This document shows positions 1 through 3,980 of a stretch of 5,386 bases of DNA, piece after piece. The notes beneath the pieces were generated by a model. The model did no database searches. It worked only from the letters and a program-made list of their open reading frames with translations, and was not told where the DNA came from. The stretch's first letter is position 1, and each line of letters opens with the position of its first letter. A program made the translations under genes and the position numbers. This DNA comes from Escherichia phage phiX174: the sequence record EF380022.1. The stretch is one strand, 5' to 3'.

Positions 1-51
1 GAGTTTTATCGCTTCCATGACGCAGAAGTTAACACTTTCGGATATTTCTGA
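1..51 (+). CDS. B: 3' end of internal scaffolding protein B ORF, continuing from 5075..5386; stop TGA at 49-51
   Basis: Frame from 5384-5386 (gca) continues gag ttt tat cgc ttc cat gac gca gaa gtt aac act ttc gga tat ttc tga; C-terminus ...EFYRFHDAEVNTFGYF matches protein B. Confidence 0.92.
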   Translation, partial: EFYRFHDAEVNTFGYF

Positions 52-136
52 TGAGTCGAAAAATTATCTTGATAAAGCAGGAATTACTACTGCTTGTTTA
101 CGAATTAAATCGAAGTGGACTGCTGGCGGAAAATGA
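1..136 (+). CDS. A: 3' end of replication initiation protein A (and A*) ORF, continuing from the window end across the circular junction; stop TGA at 134-136
   Basis: Reading frame entering from 5385-5386+1 (cag) stays open to TGA 134-136; encodes ...SFIASMTQKLTLSDISDESKNYLDKAGITTACLRIKSKWTAGGK, recognised as the A C-terminus. Partial only because the circle is linearised here. Confidence 0.93.
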   Translation, partial: SFIASMTQKLTLSDISDESKNYLDKAGITTACLRIKSKWTAGGK

Positions 137-221
137 GAAAATTCGACCTATCCTTGCGCAGCTCGAGAAGCTCTTACTTTGCGACTTTTCGCCATCAACT
201 AACGATTCTGTCAAAAACTGA
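51..221 (+). CDS. K: protein K, 56 aa (MSRKIILIKQELLLLVYELNRSGLLAENEKIRPILAQLEKLLLCDFSPSTNDSVKN)
   Basis: ATG at 51 overlaps the B stop (tgatg, 49-53); open to TGA 219-221; overlaps the A tail and C start in a third frame. Absent from the ORF track because it is shorter than the track minimum. Confidence 0.88.
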   Translation: MSRKIILIKQELLLLVYELNRSGLLAENEKIRPILAQLEKLLLCDFSPSTNDSVKN

Positions 222-369
222 CGCGTTGGATGAGGAGAAGTGGCTTAATATGCTTGGCACGTTCGTTAAGGACTGGTTTAGATATGAGTCACATTTTGTT
301 CATGGTAGAGATTCTCTTGTTGACATTTTAAAAGAGCGTGGATTACTATCTGAGTCCGATGCTGTTTAA
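133..369 (+). CDS. C: DNA maturation/packaging protein C, 78 aa here; ends at TAA 367-369, 8 codons before the canonical C stop (TGA 391-393)
   Basis: ATG 133-135 overlaps the A stop (ATGA, 133-136). Translation MRKFDLSLRSSRSSYFATFRHQLTILSKTDALDEEKWLNMLGTFVKDWFRYESHFVHGRDSLVDILKERGLLSESDAV then TAA. The track ORF 115..369 is the same frame with a GTG extension; ATG 133 is the canonical start. Confidence 0.85.
   Translation: MRKFDLSLRSSRSSYFATFRHQLTILSKTDALDEEKWLNMLGTFVKDWFRYESHFVHGRDSLVDILKERGLLSESDAV
320..349 (+). promoter_or_regulatory. candidate sigma70 promoter PD within the 3' part of gene C, driving D-E-J-F-G-H
   Basis: Perfect -35 TTGACA at 320-325; 18-nt spacer; -10-like TACTAT at 344-349; predicted start near 356-358, consistent with the known phiX174 D promoter location. 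Confidence 0.6.
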
Positions 370-389
370 CCACTAATAGGTAAGAAATC

Positions 390-848
390 ATGAGTCAAGT
401 TATTGAACAATCTGTACGTTTCCAGACCGCTTTGGCCTCTATTAAGCTCATTCAGGCTTCTGCCGTTTTGGATTTAACCGAAGATGATTTCGATTTTCTG
501 ACGAGTAACAAAGTTTGGATTGCTACTGACCGCTCTCGTGCTCGTCGCTGCGTTGAGGCTTGCGTTTATGGTACGCTGGACTTTGTGGGATACCCTCGCT
601 TTCCTGCTCCTGTTGAGTTTATTGCTGCCGTCATTGCTTATTATGTTCATCCCGTCAACATTCAAACGGCCTGTCTCATCATGGAAGGCGCTGAATTTAC
701 GGAAAACATTATTAATGGCGTCGAGCGTCCGGTTAAAGCTGCTGAATTGTTCGCGTTTACCTTGCGTGTACGCGCAGGAAACACTGACGTTCTTACTGAC
801 GCAGAAGAAAACGTGCGTCAAAAATTACGTGCAGAAGGAGTGATGTAA
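390..848 (+). CDS. D: external scaffolding protein D, 152 aa
   Basis: Track ORF 390..848; protein MSQVIEQSVRFQTALASIKLIQASAVLDLTEDDF... recognised as phiX174 D; AGG at 378-380 nine nt upstream; stop TAA 846-848 overlaps the J start (taatg). Confidence 0.95.
   Translation: MSQVIEQSVRFQTALASIKLIQASAVLDLTEDDFDFLTSNKVWIATDRSRARRCVEACVYGTLDFVGYPRFPAPVEFIAAVIAYYVHPVNIQTACLIMEGAEFTENIINGVERPVKAAELFAFTLRVRAGNTDVLTDAEENVRQKLRAEGVM
568..843 (+). CDS. E: lysis protein E, 91 aa, embedded in D in the +1 frame (single-gene lysis protein, MraY inhibitor)
   Basis: ATG 568 with GAGG at 555-558; MVRWTLWDTLAFLLLLSLLLPSLLIMFIPSTFKRPVSS...; N-terminal hydrophobic helix with Pro21 retained; stop TGA 841-843. Track ORF 520..843 is the same frame with a TTG extension. 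Codon 586-588 is TGG, so this is not the am3 amber allele. Confidence 0.93.
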   Translation: MVRWTLWDTLAFLLLLSLLLPSLLIMFIPSTFKRPVSSWKALNLRKTLLMASSVRLKLLNCSRLPCVYAQETLTFLLTQKKTCVKNYVQKE

Positions 849-964
849 TGTCTAAAGGTAAAAAACGTTCTGGCGCTCGCCCTGGTCGTCCGCAGCCGTT
901 GCGAGGTACTAAAGGCAAGCGTAAAGGCGCTCGTCTTTGGTATGTAGGTGGTCAACAATTTTAA
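848..964 (+). CDS. J: small basic DNA-binding/packaging protein J, 38 aa (MSKGKKRSGARPGRPQPLRGTKGKRKGARLWYVGGQQF)
   Basis: ATG 848 overlapping the D stop; AGGAG at 836-840; 12 of 38 residues are Lys/Arg; stop TAA 962-964. Too short for the ORF track. Confidence 0.92.
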   Translation: MSKGKKRSGARPGRPQPLRGTKGKRKGARLWYVGGQQF

Positions 965-969
965 TTGCA

Positions 970-983
970 GGGGTTTCGGCTCC
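970..983 (+). terminator. J-F intergenic hairpin (TJ terminator / mRNA-stabilising stem-loop), here with two wobble pairs
   Basis: ggggt-ttcg-gctcc: five stem pairs, of which 972/981 and 974/979 are G-T (G-U in RNA); followed by T-rich ttacttg. Lies between the J stop (964) and F start (1001). Confidence 0.5.
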
Positions 984-1000
984 TTACTTGAGGATAAATT

Positions 1001-2284
1001 ATGTCTAATATTCAAACTGGCGCCGAGCGTATGCCGCATGACCTTTCCCATCTTGGCTTTCTTGCTGGTCAGATTGGTCGTCTTATTACCATTTCAACTA
1101 CTCCGGTTATTGCTGGCGACTCCTTCGAGATGGACGCTGTTGGCGCTCTCCGTCTTTCTCCATTGCGTCGTGGCCTTGCTATTGACTCTACTGTAGACAT
1201 TTTTACTTTTTATGTCCCTCATCGTCACGTTTATGGTGAACAGTGGATTAAGTTCATGAAGGATGGTGTTAATGCCACTCCTCTCCCGACTGTTAACACT
1301 ACTCGTTATATTGACCATGCCGCTTTTCTTGGCACGATTAACCCTGATACCAATAAAATCCCTAAGCATTTGTTTCAGGGTTATTTGAATATCTATAACA
1401 ACTATTTTAAAGCGCCGTGGATGCCTGGCCGTACCGAGGCTAACCCTAATGAGCTTAATGAAGATGATGTTCGTTATGGTTTCCGTTGCTGCCATCTCAA
1501 AAACATTTGGACTGCTCCGCTTCCTCCTGAGACTGAGCTTTCTCGCCAAATGACGACTTCTACCACATCTATTGACATTATGGGTCTGCAAGCTGCTTAT
1601 GCTAATTTTCATACTGACCAAGAACGTGATTACTTCATGCAGCGTTATCGTGATGTTATTTTTTCATTTGGAGGTAAAACCTCTTATGATGCTGATAACC
1701 GTCCTTTACTTGTCATGCGCTCTAATTTCTGGGCATCTGGCTATGATGTTGATGGAACTGACCAAACGTCGTTAGGCCAGTTTTCTGGTCGTGTTCAACA
1801 GACCTATAAACATTCTGTGCCGCGTTTCTTTGTTCCTGAGCATGGTACTATGTTTACTCTTGCGCTTGTTCGTTTTCCGCCTACTGCGACTAAAGAGATT
1901 CAGTATCTTAACGCTAAAGGTGCTTTGACTTATACCGATATTGCTGGCGACCCTGTTTTGTATGGCAACTTGCCGCCGCGTGAAATTTCTATGAAGGATG
2001 TTTTCCGTTCTGGTGATTCGTCTAAGAAGTTTAAGATTGCTGAGGGTCAGTGGTATCGTTATGCGCCTTCGTATGTTTCTCCTGTTTATCACCTTCTTGA
2101 AGGCTTCCCATTCATTCAGGAACCGCCTTCTGGTGATTTGCAAGAACGCGTACTTATTCGCCACCATGATTATGACCAGTGTTTCCAGTCCGTTCAGTTG
2201 TTGCAGTGGAATAGTCAGGTTAAATTTAATGTGACCGTTTATCGCAATCTGCCGACCACTCGCGATTCAATCATGACTTCGTGA
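1001..2284 (+). CDS. F: major capsid protein F, 427 aa
   Basis: Track ORF 1001..2284; MSNIQTGAERMPHDLSHLGFLAGQIGRLITISTTPVIAGDSFEMDAVGALRL... recognised as phiX174 F; GAGGA at 990-994; stop TGA 2282-2284. Confidence 0.96.
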   Translation: MSNIQTGAERMPHDLSHLGFLAGQIGRLITISTTPVIAGDSFEMDAVGALRLSPLRRGLAIDSTVDIFTFYVPHRHVYGEQWIKFMKDGVNATPLPTVNTTRYIDHAAFLGTINPDTNKIPKHLFQGYLNIYNNYFKAPWMPGRTEANPNELNEDDVRYGFRCCHLKNIWTAPLPPETELSRQMTTSTTSIDIMGLQAAYANFHTDQERDYFMQRYRDVIFSFGGKTSYDADNRPLLVMRSNFWASGYDVDGTDQTSLGQFSGRVQQTYKHSVPRFFVPEHGTMFTLALVRFPPTATKEIQYLNAKGALTYTDIAGDPVLYGNLPPREISMKDVFRSGDSSKKFKIAEGQWYRYAPSYVSPVYHLLEGFPFIQEPPSGDLQERVLIRHHDYDQCFQSVQLLQWNSQVKFNVTVYRNLPTTRDSIMTS

Positions 2285-2315
2285 TAAAAGATTGAGTGTG
2301 AGGTTATAACGCCGT

Positions 2316-2343
2316 AGCGGTAAAAATTTTAATTTTTGCCGCT
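2316..2343 (+). other. F-G intergenic inverted repeat / hairpin (agcggtaaaaatt..aatttttgccgct); this region is the complementary-strand origin (PriA/n' primosome assembly site) in phiX174
   Basis: Arms 2316-2327 and 2332-2343 pair with a single G-T wobble (2321/2338). A GCGAAGC mini-hairpin motif follows at 2358-2364. Functional assignment is from established phiX174 biology, not from the sequence alone. Confidence 0.55.
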
Positions 2344-2394
2344 GAGGGGTTGACCAAGCGAAGCGCGGTAGGTTTTCTGCTTAGGAGTTTAATC

Positions 2395-2922
2395 ATGTTT
2401 CAGACTTTTATTTCTCGCCATAATTCAAACTTTTTTTCTGATAAGCTGGTTCTTACTTCTGTTACTCCAGCTTCTTCGGCACCTGTTTTACAGACACCTA
2501 AAGCTACATCGTCAACGTTATATTTTGATAGTTTGACGGTTAATGCTGGTAATGGTGGTTTTCTTCATTGCATTCAGATGGATACATCTGTCAACGCCGC
2601 TAATCAGGTTGTTTCTGTTGGTGCTGATATTGCTTTTGATGCCGACCCTAAATTTTTTGCCTGTTTGGTTCGCTTTGAGTTTTCTTCGGTTCCGACTACC
2701 CTTCCGACTGCCTATGATGTTTATCCTTTGGATGGTCGCCATGATGGTGGTTATTATACCGTCAAGGACTGTGTGACTATTGACGTCTTTCCCCGTACGC
2801 CGGGCAATAATGTTTATGTTGGTTTCATGGTTTGGTCTAACTTTACCGCTACTAAATGCCGCGGATTGGTTTCGCTGAATCAGGTTATTAAAGAGATTAT
2901 TTGTCTCCAGCCACTTAAGTGA
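2395..2922 (+). CDS. G: major spike protein G, 175 aa
   Basis: ATG 2395 with AGGAG at 2383-2387; [46 protein letters not shown]...; stop TGA 2920-2922. Track ORF 2350..2922 is the same frame with a TTG extension. Confidence 0.95.
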   Translation: MFQTFISRHNSNFFSDKLVLTSVTPASSAPVLQTPKATSSTLYFDSLTVNAGNGGFLHCIQMDTSVNAANQVVSVGADIAFDADPKFFACLVRFEFSSVPTTLPTAYDVYPLDGRHDGGYYTVKDCVTIDVFPRTPGNNVYVGFMVWSNFTATKCRGLVSLNQVIKEIICLQPLK

Positions 2923-2930
2923 GGTGATTT

Positions 2931-3917
2931 ATGTTTGGTGCTATTGCTGGCGGTATTGCTTCTGCTCTTGCTGGTGGCGTCATGTCTAAATTGTTTGGAG
3001 GCGGTCAAAAAGCCGCCTCCGGTGGCATTCAAGGTGATGTGCTTGCTACCGATAACAATACTGTAGGCATGGGTGATGCTGGTATTAAATCTGCCATTCA
3101 AGGCTCTAATGTTCCTAACCATGATGAGGCCGCCCCTAATTTTGTTTCTGGTGCTATGGCTAAAGCTGGTAAAGGACATCTTGAAGGTACGTTGCAGGCT
3201 GGCACTTCTGCCGTTTCTGATAAGTTGCTTGATTTGGTTGGACTTGGTGGCAAGTCTGCCGCTGATAAAGGAAAGGATACTCGTGATTATCTTGCTGCTG
3301 CATTTCCTGAGCTTAATGCTTGGGAGCGTGCTGGTGCTAATGCTTTCTCTGCTGGTATGGTTGACGCCGGATTTGAGAATCAAAAAGAGCTTACTAAAAT
3401 GCAACTGGACAATCAGAAAGAGATTGCCGAGATGCAAAATGAGACTCAAAAAGAGATTGCTGGCATTCAGTCGGCGACTTCACGCCAGAATACGAAAGAC
3501 CAGGTATATGCACAAAATGAGATGCTTGCTTATCAACAGAAGGAGTCTACTGCTCGTGTTGCGTCTATTATGGAAAACACCAATCTTTCCAAGCAACAGC
3601 AGGTTTCCGAGATTATGCGCCAAATGCTTACTCAAGCTCAAACGGCTGGTCAGTATTTTACCAATGACCAAATCAAAGAAATGACTCGCAAGGTTAGTGC
3701 TGAGGTTGACTTAGTTCATCAGCAAACGCAGAATCAGCGGTATGGTTCTTCTCATATTGGCGCTACTGCAAAGGATATTTCTAATGTCGTCACTGATGCT
3801 GCTTCTGGTGTGGTTGATATTTTTTATGGTATTGATAAAGCTGTTGCCGATACTTGGAACAATTTCTGGAAAGACGGTAAAGCTGATGGTATTGGCTCTA
3901 ATTTGTCTAGGAAATAA
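2931..3917 (+). CDS. H: DNA pilot / minor spike protein H, 328 aa
   Basis: Track ORF 2931..3917; GAGG at 2921-2924; Gly-rich N-terminus [16 protein letters not shown]..., central repeat region with QKE[LI] motifs; stop TAA 3915-3917. Confidence 0.95.
   Translation: MFGAIAGGIASALAGGVMSKLFGGGQKAASGGIQGDVLATDNNTVGMGDAGIKSAIQGSNVPNHDEAAPNFVSGAMAKAGKGHLEGTLQAGTSAVSDKLLDLVGLGGKSAADKGKDTRDYLAAAFPELNAWERAGANAFSAGMVDAGFENQKELTKMQLDNQKEIAEMQNETQKEIAGIQSATSRQNTKDQVYAQNEMLAYQQKESTARVASIMENTNLSKQQQVSEIMRQMLTQAQTAGQYFTNDQIKEMTRKVSAEVDLVHQQTQNQRYGSSHIGATAKDISNVVTDAASGVVDIFYGIDKAVADTWNNFWKDGKADGIGSNLSRK
3381..3479 (+). repeat. H: three tandem degenerate 33-nt (11-codon) repeats inside gene H encoding [11 protein letters not shown] / [11 protein letters not shown] / [11 protein letters not shown]
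   Basis: Units at 3381-3413, 3414-3446 and 3447-3479 each start ca[ag]aaagag; the 11-residue period fits a coiled-coil segment of the H DNA-pilot protein. Confidence 0.7.
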
Positions 3918-3926
3918 CCGTTAGGA

Positions 3927-3955
3927 TTGACATCCTCCCAATTGTATGTTTTCAT
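3927..3955 (+). promoter_or_regulatory. candidate promoter PA in the H-A intergenic region
   Basis: Perfect -35 TTGACA at 3927-3932; 17-nt spacer; weak -10-like TTTCAT at 3950-3955 (4 of 6 match to TATAAT). The exact -10 is uncertain. Confidence 0.45.
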
Positions 3956-3980
3956 GCCTCCAAATCTTGGAGGCTTTTTT
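3956..3980 (+). terminator. rho-independent terminator-like hairpin plus T6 tract (TH) directly upstream of the gene A start codon
   Basis: gcctccaa (3956-3963) pairs with ttggaggc (3967-3974) around loop atc, followed by tttttt (3975-3980). The 3' arm contains the gene A Shine-Dalgarno GGAGG. Confidence 0.7.

Noticed and set aside
586-588. Possible am3 amber allele in gene E (common in laboratory phiX174 stocks)
   Set aside because: Codon 586-588 is TGG (Trp), not TAG; E is intact.
115-2394. N-terminally extended versions of C (GTG 115), E (TTG 520) and G (TTG 2350) given by the ORF track
   Set aside because: Each has a downstream ATG with a properly spaced Shine-Dalgarno site (133, 568, 2395) that gives the known protein N-terminus; the extensions come from permissive start-codon calling.
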